A DNA stretch of 33,064 nt from Candidatus Roizmanbacteria bacterium (GCA_027002315.1 JALWZV010000088.1:1-33064); one strand, 5' to 3'; positions 1 to 8,949 are shown, numbered from the stretch's first letter. Program-made: numbers and translations. Notes: generated by a model not told the origin, from the sequence alone.

Positions 1-258
1 AAGGGTTTGGTTGATGTAGGATATAATAAGCATCACAGGATTGCTCATAAGAGAGATGAGTTTTCTAATAAAAGAGGGGTTCATATTAACGGAATAGAAG
101 CTTTTTGGTCATTCACTAAAAGGCGTTTAATAAAATTCAATGGAGTTAAGAAGAATTTCTATCTTCATATTAAAGAATGTGAGTGGAGATGGAATAAAAC
201 TAAAACCCAAATGGAACAAGAATTAGTTAAAATTTTAAAGAAATACAATAAAAATTAA
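1..258 (+). CDS. IS1595-family (ISXO2-like) DDE transposase, C-terminal part (5' end lies outside the window)
   Basis: The frame is open from nt 1 (KGLVDVGYNKHH...). The tail HRIAH..EF...VHINGIEAFWSFTKRRL..FNGV...FYLHIKECEWRWN fits the conserved C-terminal block of IS1595 transposases (H..V.H / HTN.IE.FWS..KR / L.E.E.R.N). Stop TAA at 256-258. Confidence 0.7.
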   Translation, partial: KGLVDVGYNKHHRIAHKRDEFSNKRGVHINGIEAFWSFTKRRLIKFNGVKKNFYLHIKECEWRWNKTKTQMEQELVKILKKYNKN

Positions 259-278
259 TAATTTGCTAGTCAAGAGCC
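1..278 (+). mobile_element. Right end of an IS1595-like insertion sequence (boundary tentative)
   Basis: The transposase stop is at 258. TGCTAGTCAAGAGCC (264-278; reverse complement GGCTCTTGACTAGCA) is a candidate terminal inverted repeat. The left end is not in the window, so the repeat cannot be confirmed. Confidence 0.35.
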
Positions 279-294
279 TTTTTAATTAAGGTTT

Positions 295-329
295 TTTACT
301 CTTTATTCTTTATTCGTTATTCATTACTT
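295..329. repeat. Degenerate 7-bp tandem tract (tttactc|tttattc|tttattc|gttattc|attactt)
   Basis: Five consecutive heptamers with consensus (G/T)TTA(T/C)TC, read directly. The same heptamer family recurs at 27594-27642. Confidence 0.55.
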
Positions 330-382
330 AGAAATTAGTAATATTATTAATTAATATACCCTAGGGGAGTATAGTATTTATA

Positions 383-751
383 CTAAAATATAGAGTTAAA
401 CAACTTCTCTACTACCCTATTGTTTATCCTATGGTAACGCCCCTTATGAGACAATAATGCGCCTGAAAAAGTTTTAGGAATATGAAGCAGTTCATGAATT
501 AAGGTCTTAAGTTTTTCTTTTTCACTAAGTTTGTCAAATCGTTTGGCATTCACCTCTATTATGTAATGAGGTTCCATTCCCAGCACATCTTTAAATAACT
601 TTGGTATTCCCCAAATACGAGCTATTGCTCGGGTTTTAGCGTCATACGAGCGAATACAGTGAATATTTTCTTTATTTATATAAGAAAATTTTAGTTTATC
701 AATCAAGTCATCTATTATCAATTTGATTTCTGGAGCTTTAGAATATTTCAT
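383..751 (-). CDS. Small HExxH zinc-metallopeptidase-like protein (COG4900-type predicted metallopeptidase)
   Basis: ORF track 383..754. The ATG at 749-751 is preferred over the TTG at 752-754. HELLH in 'TLIHELLHIPKTF' is the only diagnostic motif. The gene sits 15 nt downstream of the prepilin peptidase stop. Confidence 0.5.
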   Translation of the reverse strand: MKYSKAPEIKLIIDDLIDKLKFSYINKENIHCIRSYDAKTRAIARIWGIPKLFKDVLGMEPHYIIEVNAKRFDKLSEKEKLKTLIHELLHIPKTFSGALLSHKGRYHRINNRVVEKLFNSIF

Positions 752-766
752 CAAATCTCTTAAACT

Positions 767-1546
767 CTATTTGTATAAATGTGAAAATAGTTGCCAAATC
801 CTGTCGCCAAAGAACATCATCGAGATTACGCCCATTACTAAGAAAGGTCCAAAAGCTATCTGACTTTTTAATCTCTTCTTTTGTAAAATTAACAAAATTA
901 TTCCTACACTTGCACCCAAAACAAAAGCTATATAAATAGCTAATAGTCCACCCTTCAAACCTAACAAAAATCCCATATTTAAGGCTAACTTAACATCTCC
1001 AAAACCCATACCTTTTCCTTTTGTAACCACAAACAAACCCAATATCGGCAAAGTTACAGCTATTGATGCCAATATCAAGGCTCCTATCTCTCTCCATGTT
1101 AGAGGAAGTAATAAATAAATTAACAATGTCACTATAAAAAGCAGTATCTGAGATTCATCGGTTATAATTTGATACTTTAAATCCGAAAAGAATATAATTA
1201 TCAACAAAGAGATTACCACAAGATATAGTGATCTAACAAGCATCGTCGTGTGTATCGGTAAGTACATCCACGTCAAAACAAAAGCTAAACCGGTAATAAA
1301 CTCTACTAGCGGATAATAAAAAGATATTCTTTTGTGACAACAGCGAGTTTTGCCTCTAAGTAAGAAAAAGGATAGTATGGGAATTAAGTCGTACCAGGCT
1401 ATCTTTTTTTTACAATAATCACAGTATGATCTTCCGAGAATAGACTCTCCTGATACCCATCTGTCAATTAACACATTTAAAAATGAACCTATGGCTAATC
1501 CTAGTATAAAGATAAAAGTTAATGTAAACACCTCAAAATCTATCAT
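767..1546 (-). CDS. pilD: Type IV prepilin peptidase (A24 aspartic peptidase)
   Basis: Cys-rich knuckle 'CDYCKKKIAWYDLIPILSF..RGKTRCC'. Two catalytic Asp contexts, 'FSDLKYQ' and 'GFGDVKLA'. Polytopic membrane profile. Confidence 0.88.
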   Translation of the reverse strand: MIDFEVFTLTFIFILGLAIGSFLNVLIDRWVSGESILGRSYCDYCKKKIAWYDLIPILSFFLLRGKTRCCHKRISFYYPLVEFITGLAFVLTWMYLPIHTTMLVRSLYLVVISLLIIIFFSDLKYQIITDESQILLFIVTLLIYLLLPLTWREIGALILASIAVTLPILGLFVVTKGKGMGFGDVKLALNMGFLLGLKGGLLAIYIAFVLGASVGIILLILQKKRLKSQIAFGPFLVMGVISMMFFGDRIWQLFSHLYK

Positions 1547-1553
1547 AGATAAG

Positions 1554-1598
1554 ATTATAAATTATAGAACATTTTCCGTAATAAGTATGAAGTATAAT
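1554..1598. promoter_or_regulatory. Divergent pair of -10 boxes placed for leaderless or near-leaderless transcripts
   Basis: TATAAT on the minus strand (1554-1559) lies 7 nt before the pilD ATG (1546). TATAAT on the plus strand (1593-1598) lies 7 nt before the ATG at 1606. Neither gene has a Shine-Dalgarno sequence. Confidence 0.5.
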
Positions 1599-1605
1599 TT
1601 AGACG

Positions 1606-2472
1606 ATGAAACAAGAAAGTGCCATATTGTCGGTATTGAAGTATTTTGACAACTTCCAGTATCCTCCTACATTAAGAGAGATTTGGTTATTCTCTCCAAC
1701 TTTATGTAATAAAAAAAGGTGTCAGTTAATCTTAAATAAGCTAATAAAGGAAAAAAGAGTTAAACGTATTATGATAAATAAGGAGTCTCGATACTCCTTG
1801 AGAGACATCTCTAAACGCAACCTTACGTTAAGATTTAAACTAACCAAAAAAAAGTTAAAAAAGATCGAAAAATACTCATCAATATTAAAATTGTTTCCTC
1901 AAATTAAATTTTTAGGAATCTCTGGAAGTTTATCTGTTTTAGCAAGAAATAAAGATGATGATATAGATGTTTTTATAATCACAAGCAGAAACAGATTGTG
2001 GTTTGGAAGATTTATAGCCACCATTCTTGCTATTACTATAGGATTAAAAAGGGAAAGAGGGCTACAAAAAGCCCCTGATAAACTGTGTTTAAACCTTTTT
2101 TTTGACTCTAAAGATCTAACTATTCCTGAATCTAAACGTAATATTTACATTGCTCACGAACTCCTACAACTTAAACCAATCATTACTAAAAGCAACGCAT
2201 ACTCTCAATTATTAGAAGCGAATGCATGGGTTAGTAAATTATTGCCAAACACAAAAGGTATCTTCCAGAAAAACCTTATTAATACAAACATTGATATAAC
2301 AACGCATACTAACTTTATCGGAGACATCATAGAAAAAATTTTAAAGAAAATACAGTTGTTTATAATCAATCGTCACAAAACTACTGAGTTAATAACAAAC
2401 ACTCAACTATGGTTTTTTCCTCAGGATTTTGAAAAAATCATAATGAAGAAGCTAAAAAAAGGTCGTGTTTGA
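1606..2472 (+). CDS. wHTH-like N-terminus plus Pol-beta-type nucleotidyltransferase-fold protein, function unknown
   Basis: 'GISGSLSVLARNKDDDIDVFI' fits the hG[GS]-x(9-13)-Dh[DE]h NTase signature. 288-aa ORF with a basic N-terminal region. Confidence 0.5.
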   Translation: MKQESAILSVLKYFDNFQYPPTLREIWLFSPTLCNKKRCQLILNKLIKEKRVKRIMINKESRYSLRDISKRNLTLRFKLTKKKLKKIEKYSSILKLFPQIKFLGISGSLSVLARNKDDDIDVFIITSRNRLWFGRFIATILAITIGLKRERGLQKAPDKLCLNLFFDSKDLTIPESKRNIYIAHELLQLKPIITKSNAYSQLLEANAWVSKLLPNTKGIFQKNLINTNIDITTHTNFIGDIIEKILKKIQLFIINRHKTTELITNTQLWFFPQDFEKIIMKKLKKGRV

Positions 2473-2478
2473 TATAAT
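2470..2478 (+). promoter_or_regulatory. Extended -10 (TGnTATAAT) candidate promoter for tRNA-Arg
   Basis: TGATATAAT overlaps the TGA stop of the upstream CDS and lies 18 nt before the tRNA 5' end. Confidence 0.4.
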
Positions 2479-2496
2479 TAGAAACACTTAAATTTA

Positions 2497-2568
2497 GCCG
2501 ATATAGTTCAATGGACAGAACAGACCCCTCCTAAGGGTCAGATGGAGGTTCGATTCCCCCTATCGGCA
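2497..2568 (+). tRNA. tRNA-Arg (anticodon CCT)
   Basis: 72-nt cloverleaf. Acceptor GCCGATA/TATCGGC. D arm GTTC/GAAC. Anticodon stem GACCC/GGGTC with loop CTCCTAA. T arm GGAGG-TTCGATT-CCCCC with one A-C mismatch. No encoded CCA. The 3' end overlaps the stop of the convergent CDS by 9 nt. Confidence 0.9.
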
Positions 2569-3309
2569 CAAATATTCTTGTATAACCAGATAGATAAACT
2601 TTGCTAATCTTAACTGTCTCTTAATCCTCCAAGGTTGTACTAACAACCTAAAAAACCATTCTAATCCCATTTTTCTTAAAAAGTAAGGAGCCCGTGGTAC
2701 TTTTTTCCCCAAAAAATCAAAACCTCCTCCTACTCCCATACAAAAAATTCCATTTAGTTTTTCTCTATTGTTCCATATCCAACGCTCTTGATAGGGCGAT
2801 CCAAAAGCAACAAATATTAAATGAGGCTTGAACTCGGACACTATAGAAATTAGTTTCTCATTTTCCTTCTCAGAATATTTACGAGCATTTTTCAACCCCT
2901 CAACTCCCATAAAGCTATTTGTCTTAAACTCTTCATTATAGCAATTAGATAGCTTGTCTGCTAAATTATCCCTACCCCCAATGAACATTATTCGTATGCG
3001 CATCTTTGTTGATATTTTTATCAACTCACTCATCAAATCTACTCCTGTTATTCTCTCTGCTTTCTTTCCTTTTAGTATTCTGCCTGCTACAACAGTCCCA
3101 ACCCCATCACAAATTTTAAGCTGGGCTCTTCTTAATATCTCATAAAAACCATCATCTTCTTGGGCAAGGACTAAATTTTCTGGATTCAGAGACACAATAT
3201 GATAAAACTTCTCTTTGTTTTTGACGTATTTTTCAAATTCATATAGGATATCCTTTTTTGTAGAGACGTCATCTAATAATTTACTTATGCTCTTGTCAGT
3301 TTTTATCAT
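2560..3309 (-). CDS. tagA: WecB/TagA/CpsF-family (GT26) glycosyltransferase
   Basis: Family hallmarks 'FVAFGSPYQERWI', 'GVGGGFDFLGKKVPRAP' and 'GLEWFFRLLVQPWR'. TATATT lies 6 nt before the ATG. Confidence 0.85.
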   Translation of the reverse strand: MIKTDKSISKLLDDVSTKKDILYEFEKYVKNKEKFYHIVSLNPENLVLAQEDDGFYEILRRAQLKICDGVGTVVAGRILKGKKAERITGVDLMSELIKISTKMRIRIMFIGGRDNLADKLSNCYNEEFKTNSFMGVEGLKNARKYSEKENEKLISIVSEFKPHLIFVAFGSPYQERWIWNNREKLNGIFCMGVGGGFDFLGKKVPRAPYFLRKMGLEWFFRLLVQPWRIKRQLRLAKFIYLVIQEYLCR

Positions 3310-3524
3310 TGTATGAATATAGGATTACTTATTTTGAATAAAAATACTAAGATTTTTAGAGAATGTACAAAATTTATGAACAAGGTGTATATTGTTTATA
3401 AGGTTCATATTGAAAATATTACTCAATTATTAATTTTTTATATAATAAATACTATGTCTGCATCATTCTTCAATTGTCTTAATTGTTTATAAATTATTCT
3501 TTATATAGATGAAAAACTATTCGG

Positions 3525-4535
3525 CTACTTTATAGCATCTTTGTAACTATCCAAATTCTCTATCGCCATGCCCACTCCTCGAATTACACAAAACAATGGT
3601 TCCTCAACAACAAACGTGGGAACACCTGTGTAATATGAAAAATATCTATCTATATTTTTCAATAATGCCGTTCCCCCAGATAAAACAATTCCTTTATCTA
3701 CAATATCAGATGCCAACTCGGGTGGAGCTTGTGCTAGAACGTCTTTTACTCCTGAAAGAATCTCTTTTAGTGGTTTTTGTATCGCTTTATTTATGCTTTT
3801 TTCTCCGATCTTCAAAATCGTCGGTAGACCCGTTTGAAAGTCCCTACCCTTAACCTCTGTCATCCTCTCTTTATAATCAGAAGACTCCTCTATCAAAGCA
3901 TTCCCTATCTTAATCTTTATCTCTTCTGCTGTTCTCTCACCTATTAAAAGGTTGTGATGCTTTCTCATATGAGTAATTATTACCTCATCTAGTTTAGTTC
4001 CAGCTGTTCTCACAGTTTTGTACACAACCAATTGTCCCAGCGAAATAATTGCAATCTCAGCAGTACCTCCGCCCATATTCACTATCATATGACCAGATGG
4101 ATGAGAAATAGGAAGTTTTGCACCAATTGCAGCGGCTAAAGGCTCTTCTATCAAGTAGACATTAGAAACACCGGCCTGCTTACAAGCAGATACCACCGCC
4201 CTTTTTTCTACTTGACTAGCTCCACCAGGAATGGATATCATAACCTCAGGCCATAATACTCTTCCCTTCAAGGATTTTTTAAGAAAATAAGTAATCATAG
4301 CAGAAGTTGTTGTGTAGTTGGCTATAACGCCTTCTTTCATTGGCCTAGAAGCTACTATGCTTCCAGGCGTTCTTCCTAACATCTCACGCGCATCGTCTCC
4401 TACAGCCAATATCCGATTATTCTCTAATGAATAAGCAACAACTGTTGGTTCATTTAACACTATTCCCTTTCCAGCAATATACACTAAAGTGTTAGCGGTA
4501 CCAAGATCGATTCCTACTTTCTGACGAAAAAACAT
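3525..4535 (-). CDS. mreB: Rod-shape-determining actin homologue MreB
   Basis: 'GIDLGTANTLVY', 'VNMGGGTAEIAI' and 'GIVLSGGTALLKNIDR'. Full-length 336 aa. Confidence 0.93.
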   Translation of the reverse strand: MFFRQKVGIDLGTANTLVYIAGKGIVLNEPTVVAYSLENNRILAVGDDAREMLGRTPGSIVASRPMKEGVIANYTTTSAMITYFLKKSLKGRVLWPEVMISIPGGASQVEKRAVVSACKQAGVSNVYLIEEPLAAAIGAKLPISHPSGHMIVNMGGGTAEIAIISLGQLVVYKTVRTAGTKLDEVIITHMRKHHNLLIGERTAEEIKIKIGNALIEESSDYKERMTEVKGRDFQTGLPTILKIGEKSINKAIQKPLKEILSGVKDVLAQAPPELASDIVDKGIVLSGGTALLKNIDRYFSYYTGVPTFVVEEPLFCVIRGVGMAIENLDSYKDAIK

Positions 4536-4607
4536 AAAACAACAGGTTGATAAAATAATAAAAAAGTACCCCCGAGTAACAAATAATATTATACAATATA
4601 AACTATT

Positions 4608-5819
4608 ATGAGGGGTTTAGTTATACGTATTTTAGGGATAGCTGTTTTCTTGTTGGTTTTATCTGTACTAATATTATATGCCAAAGGCTATAGACTTAAT
4701 AAAAAAAACGGGCAATTCAACGCTAATGGCATTATAGCGATACATTCACAACCAAAAGCAGCTAAAGTATACATTAATGATAAACTAAAAGGTGTCTCTG
4801 ATCTTAACTTAACTTTACTACCCGATAAATACACAATTAAGGTCTCAAAGGCTGGTTATACTGACTGGACCAAGACAGTTAAATTAGAACCAGAGGTTGT
4901 GCTAAGTTTTAATGCCTTACTTTTCCCAAAGAACCCATCACTCTCTCCTTTAACAAACATAGGTGTGGTTAAAGCTATTCCTATAGACCAAACAGATAAG
5001 ATTCTTGTTTTCTCTCAAAAAAATAAACCTAAGACAGATGGTATATATATCTTCGAGACAAATAAAACACCTATCAGCTTTAACAACCCGTTAAAACAAA
5101 TCCTTTTATTAAAAAATTTGCCTCTTGAACAGCAAAAAATTGACCTTAAAGAAACTAGTGTTATGTTTTCGCCGAATTATGACCAATTTATCCTTACCAC
5201 AGGAGATGATCATAAATTTCTACTCTCGGTTGACCAAAAAAACACAGAGCTCTCAGATATAACATCATCTGCTGAATCATTAATTTCAGCTTGGCAGGAG
5301 AAAGAAAATACCAAAAATCAAAAAATTATAGAAACTTTTCCTAAAGAGATTCAAAAAATTGCTTCAGACTCATTTCATATTATTTCCTTATCCCCTAATA
5401 AGTTGAAAGTCCTTTATCAAGCAAAAGAGTCTATCACGATTCCAAAAATCATTAAAAAAACAATTCCGGGAATTAACCAAGAACCACAACAAAGGACAAT
5501 AGTAAAAGGAGCTATATATGTTTATGATGAAAAAGAAGACTTAAATTTCTTGATTAAGCCTGTATCTTGGTCAAAGTCATTAAAGAGTAATATTACAGAT
5601 ATCTTACGATGGCACCCTGACTCAACACATTTATTTGAGATAACACAAAAAAGTATATTAGCGTTTGAGTATGACGGAACCAACAAAACAACAGTTTACT
5701 CAGGACCTTTTGAGAACAACTTCTTTAATCTGACTAGTGATGGAGAGCTTATAATCACAGCCAATCTCAATCCTAAAAATAATCTTTTGCCAGATCTGTA
5801 CCTAGTTGGTATTAAGTAA
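4608..5819 (+). CDS. Membrane-anchored PEGA-domain protein
   Basis: N-terminal TM 'LVIRILGIAVFLLVLSVLILY', followed by a PEGA-like module 'IHSQPKAAKVYINDKLKGVSDLNLTLLPDKYTIKVSKAGYTDWTKTVKL'. The remainder is unassigned. Confidence 0.65.
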   Translation: MRGLVIRILGIAVFLLVLSVLILYAKGYRLNKKNGQFNANGIIAIHSQPKAAKVYINDKLKGVSDLNLTLLPDKYTIKVSKAGYTDWTKTVKLEPEVVLSFNALLFPKNPSLSPLTNIGVVKAIPIDQTDKILVFSQKNKPKTDGIYIFETNKTPISFNNPLKQILLLKNLPLEQQKIDLKETSVMFSPNYDQFILTTGDDHKFLLSVDQKNTELSDITSSAESLISAWQEKENTKNQKIIETFPKEIQKIASDSFHIISLSPNKLKVLYQAKESITIPKIIKKTIPGINQEPQQRTIVKGAIYVYDEKEDLNFLIKPVSWSKSLKSNITDILRWHPDSTHLFEITQKSILAFEYDGTNKTTVYSGPFENNFFNLTSDGELIITANLNPKNNLLPDLYLVGIK

Positions 5820-5823
5820 TTCC

Positions 5824-6624
5824 ATGAAGCATAAAGACAAACATTATAATGCTACAAATATTTCGCATCGTCTTAATGAGTTATATAATAAATCTGATAC
5901 CGAAAAGAAAAACAATGCTCAAACATTTGAATATTTTAAAACACTAACTCTACGTACCTTAGGCAACTTCTTAATATTAACCTCCTTGTTCTTTCTCATA
6001 AAAACATTTTATATGCCAGTTGCAGAAGAAGTACGTTATTACGCTGATAAAAAAAGAGGAATTACATACGAAGTTGCGGACACATCAAAATTTTCTTACG
6101 AACAATTACAGGAAGTCAGACAAAAAGGGGCTTTATCTAAACTCCTCAAAAACAAGAAAATAAAACTACTTATACCACCTGACCCTAAATTTAGTATCGT
6201 TATTCCTAAGATAGCAGCCAATTCTATTATAATTCCAAATGTTGACCCTTCTAACGAAAAAGAGTACTTGGCCGCACTTAAGAAGGGTGTTGCTCACACA
6301 AAAGGAACAGCCTTTCCAGGTCAGCCAGGACACATCTTTCTCTTCGCTCACTCAACAGATTACTTTTGGAATGTAGGACGATACAATGCTGTTTTTTATC
6401 TGTTATATAAACTAGAGAAGGGCGATGAGATTGATATTTTCTATAATAATCAGCGCTTTGTTTATAAAGTGATTGATAAAACCATAATCACACCAGATCA
6501 AGTAGAGTACTTAACTAGAAAAACCAATAAAGAGTTTCTAACGTTGCAAACTTGCTGGCCACCAGGAACAACTTTAAAAAGGATACTTGTATTTGCTGTA
6601 AGAGTTAGTGACCTAAATAAATAA
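5824..6624 (+). CDS. Sortase-family transpeptidase
   Basis: 'HIFLFAHS' (His), 'TLQTCWP' (TLxTC Cys) and 'LVFAVR' (Arg), plus an N-terminal TM. The ATG at 5824, 4 nt after the upstream stop, is preferred over the TTG at 5806 used by the ORF track. Confidence 0.8.
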   Translation: MKHKDKHYNATNISHRLNELYNKSDTEKKNNAQTFEYFKTLTLRTLGNFLILTSLFFLIKTFYMPVAEEVRYYADKKRGITYEVADTSKFSYEQLQEVRQKGALSKLLKNKKIKLLIPPDPKFSIVIPKIAANSIIIPNVDPSNEKEYLAALKKGVAHTKGTAFPGQPGHIFLFAHSTDYFWNVGRYNAVFYLLYKLEKGDEIDIFYNNQRFVYKVIDKTIITPDQVEYLTRKTNKEFLTLQTCWPPGTTLKRILVFAVRVSDLNK

Positions 6625-6630
6625 TAAAAG

Positions 6631-8394
6631 TTACCAACTACCTCCTCCTCCTCCTCCAAAACCTCCTCCAGAAAATCCGCCACTACTAAAACCAGAGGAA
6701 AATCCACTACTGGAGGTTGTGGGAGTTGCAGAGGACCTAAAACTAGATAAAGAATTACCTAGACTGCTGGCAAGTAGCACCGTGTTAAAGTTTGAATCGT
6801 ACGTAGAGTACCAATCAGGTTGCTTAAGATTTAAGTTCTTCAATCTCTTTAGCCATATCTTCTCTACTCCAAACACTATGGCATAAGGCAACAACTTCTC
6901 AAACATCATTTGTTTGTTCGCCTGAAACTCCAACTGGCGCTCCTGACTAACCAAAAAATTCTTTAATGAAATTGCTTCATTTTGAGCATTAACACCAGAT
7001 AAAGTCTTCCTTGGCATGTTTAAACCAAAAAACAAGGAAGAAATCAACATAAGGGGATTAAATGTAAAAATAGAGGCTGAGAGCAAAGCATAATACTTTT
7101 TCCTTATCTTATCGGGATTTTTATCGAACAACCTTGATTTTACTACTTGAGCATAGATTAACTCTGTGACTTTTTGTATAGCAGTATATAGTTTCTTATC
7201 TTTAACTCTGATCTCCTTTTTCTCTCCAAAAAATTTACTGATTAACATTGACTCAAAAGGTAATAGCTTATCATCAGCTCCTTTTAATTTAATAAGGTAG
7301 AAGTCCTTTTTCTTTCTCTCATCTATTTTGATATATCCTCGTCTTGCTAAATCTATAACCGTTGCTAAAACATCTCTTAAATCAGCTTTTTCATCTATAA
7401 CCACTCCTACCTCTGCAGGAGTAAGAAAACGTTTGGGATTATTTGGGTCCTTTGGGGGATCAAACCATGCTCTAACTTGTCCAGTTATCGCTTTAGGATC
7501 GCGCCCCCGTTTAAACCAATCATAGGCAATCTTAACAGGATAAATTAAGTACCAGATTAATATCGCAAGAACTATGCTGATAAAAACTAACAATAACACT
7601 ATCTTCCCTATGAAAGTATCACCAAAATCAACTACTTCTTTAGCCTCAACATGAGCTATCCTATCAATTGGAAAGCCTATAACGACACTTAAGTTCTCAC
7701 CCCGTGACAGATAACGTTTTGTCGAGATGCTCACATAGTTAGCGTCTTTGTTAATCACACAGTTAGAAACTTTGCTTCCATACGCTCCAGTATAACAAGC
7801 CGATTTAACCTCGTAGGTTGAAATGTTTGTTGGAAATTTTATTATTGCCTGTGCACGAGTTATGGGCACCTTCCATTTATTTCCAACTACGTTCCAAAAA
7901 AGCTCATCGTGATCCGAGAAATAAGTTATAGCTCCCAAAACCTTGTACCTGATAACATAGCTGTGAAGACCTGCTATTGTTTTGTGCTTATCCCCTATTT
8001 TAAGGCGAACATTTTCGCCCTCACGCATCTTTGAAAAGGGATGAGGATTTCCTTTACTATCTGTTACAGAGATGTTGCTAAGTGTAATCTCATACTTCTT
8101 GCCGTTCTTGTTCTTTTTTCTCACAGGGATATCTCTGTAAATACCGTGTCTGTAATGAGCCCCGAAATCATAATCTATCTTCTCAATAATGTCCACTGTT
8201 GCATCTCTGTTGATTTTTATATTTGCATCAAAGCTGCGAATGTATTCTCCAAAATTTACTGTTTTGTTTGTTACCGTTACTTCTTCATGTTTAGAACTAT
8301 ACGAGTATGAATATGTGCTAGCTTGCACTCTACGGAAGCTCGAAAGAAGAAGTAAAATCAAGATTGCCATAGATTTTTGCCATCTTAATCTCAT
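6631..8394 (-). CDS. DUF2207-family membrane protein with Gly/Ser-rich C-terminal tail
   Basis: Signal/TM at the N-terminus, a central TM 'IVLLLVFISIVLAILIWYLIYP', later TM segments, and the tail 'SSGFSSGFSSGGFSGGGFGGGGGGSW' typical of DUF2207 proteins. Confidence 0.75.
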   Translation of the reverse strand: MRLRWQKSMAILILLLLSSFRRVQASTYSYSYSSKHEEVTVTNKTVNFGEYIRSFDANIKINRDATVDIIEKIDYDFGAHYRHGIYRDIPVRKKNKNGKKYEITLSNISVTDSKGNPHPFSKMREGENVRLKIGDKHKTIAGLHSYVIRYKVLGAITYFSDHDELFWNVVGNKWKVPITRAQAIIKFPTNISTYEVKSACYTGAYGSKVSNCVINKDANYVSISTKRYLSRGENLSVVIGFPIDRIAHVEAKEVVDFGDTFIGKIVLLLVFISIVLAILIWYLIYPVKIAYDWFKRGRDPKAITGQVRAWFDPPKDPNNPKRFLTPAEVGVVIDEKADLRDVLATVIDLARRGYIKIDERKKKDFYLIKLKGADDKLLPFESMLISKFFGEKKEIRVKDKKLYTAIQKVTELIYAQVVKSRLFDKNPDKIRKKYYALLSASIFTFNPLMLISSLFFGLNMPRKTLSGVNAQNEAISLKNFLVSQERQLEFQANKQMMFEKLLPYAIVFGVEKIWLKRLKNLNLKQPDWYSTYDSNFNTVLLASSLGNSLSSFRSSATPTTSSSGFSSGFSSGGFSGGGFGGGGGGSW

Positions 8395-8441
8395 TTAATT
8401 ATGATAACATAAGAATTAGTTAAATGGGGAATTTTGAGTAT

Positions 8442-8867
8442 TCATTTCCCTACCAATTTCTTAATCCAGGGAGAATCATCTGCTGAAAAATCAAGCAGCA
8501 CAAAAGATAAAACTGCAGTAAAAAGCATCCTTATAATATCTTTATCTTTACGCCGTCTTAATTCTTGTGCTTTTCTTTTATAAGCTTTTACACTGTCAAA
8601 ATAACCATCTCCGCTTTGATTTGGCTCCACAGTAGTCAGCTGGGTTGAGTTTGCGTTATGATCTGTAATATAACTTGCTAAAGGGTTGTTTCTCTTCATG
8701 TCAGTTATTTGTTCTTCCGTTCGTATAAAATTAAACATAGACAACCCAAAAATACCAATACTAACTAATCCCAAGGTTAATAAAACTCTTGTTTCAACCT
8801 TGAGTTCTTTACCTTTATCTCTCAATTTTTTAATCCCTCCATGTGCTCTATGTTTCTCCTTTGTCAT
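8442..8867 (-). CDS. Hypothetical membrane protein
   Basis: 141-aa ORF with a basic N-terminus, the TM 'VLLTLGLVSIGIFGLSMF' and a second hydrophobic segment near the C-terminus. No recognisable family. Confidence 0.45.
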   Translation of the reverse strand: MTKEKHRAHGGIKKLRDKGKELKVETRVLLTLGLVSIGIFGLSMFNFIRTEEQITDMKRNNPLASYITDHNANSTQLTTVEPNQSGDGYFDSVKAYKRKAQELRRRKDKDIIRMLFTAVLSFVLLDFSADDSPWIKKLVGK

Positions 8868-8949
8868 ATTTTTATACCTTTCAGCTTTTAAAATTATATC
8901 AAACAGCAGTAATTAACACGAACGAGAGATATTATATTAAGTAGGATAA

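Noticed and set aside
2560-2568. 9-nt overlap between the tRNA-Arg 3' end (plus strand) and the tagA stop region (minus strand).
   Set aside because: Convergent overlap of a few nucleotides is compatible with both genes being functional in a compact genome. There is no evidence of an integration scar or a duplicated tRNA 3' segment elsewhere in the window.
2954-3145. Short ORFs in the six-frame track that lie antisense within long, well-supported genes: 2954..3145, 3596..3853, 6166..6351, 6498..6707, 7328..7525, 8041..8310, 8189..8398, 8686..8916, 9655..9864, 11914..12153, 14236..14469, 14268..14519, 15071..15301, 16483..16755, 18297..18494, 23662..23952, 24744..25037, 25845..26072, 26250..26465, 27765..27950, 28191..28424, 28584..28886, 28890..29156, 29671..29853, 30935..31165 and 31344..31529.
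   Set aside because: Each is fully or mostly embedded opposite a longer ORF with clear family motifs. Their translations are low-complexity (Leu/Ser/Phe/Ile-rich), as expected for the shadow frame of AT-rich coding DNA. None has a promoter or start context of its own.
5806-5823. TTG start for the sortase that overlaps the PEGA gene by 14 nt, as in the ORF track.
   Set aside because: An ATG at 5824, four nt after the PEGA stop, gives the same protein minus six residues and is the simpler start. It cannot be decided without experimental data.
6631-6720. Run of CCT/CCA/ACC triplets (cctcctcctcctcc...) that looks like a simple-sequence repeat.
   Set aside because: It is the reverse complement of the Gly/Ser-rich C-terminal tail coding region of the DUF2207 protein, not an independent repeat element.
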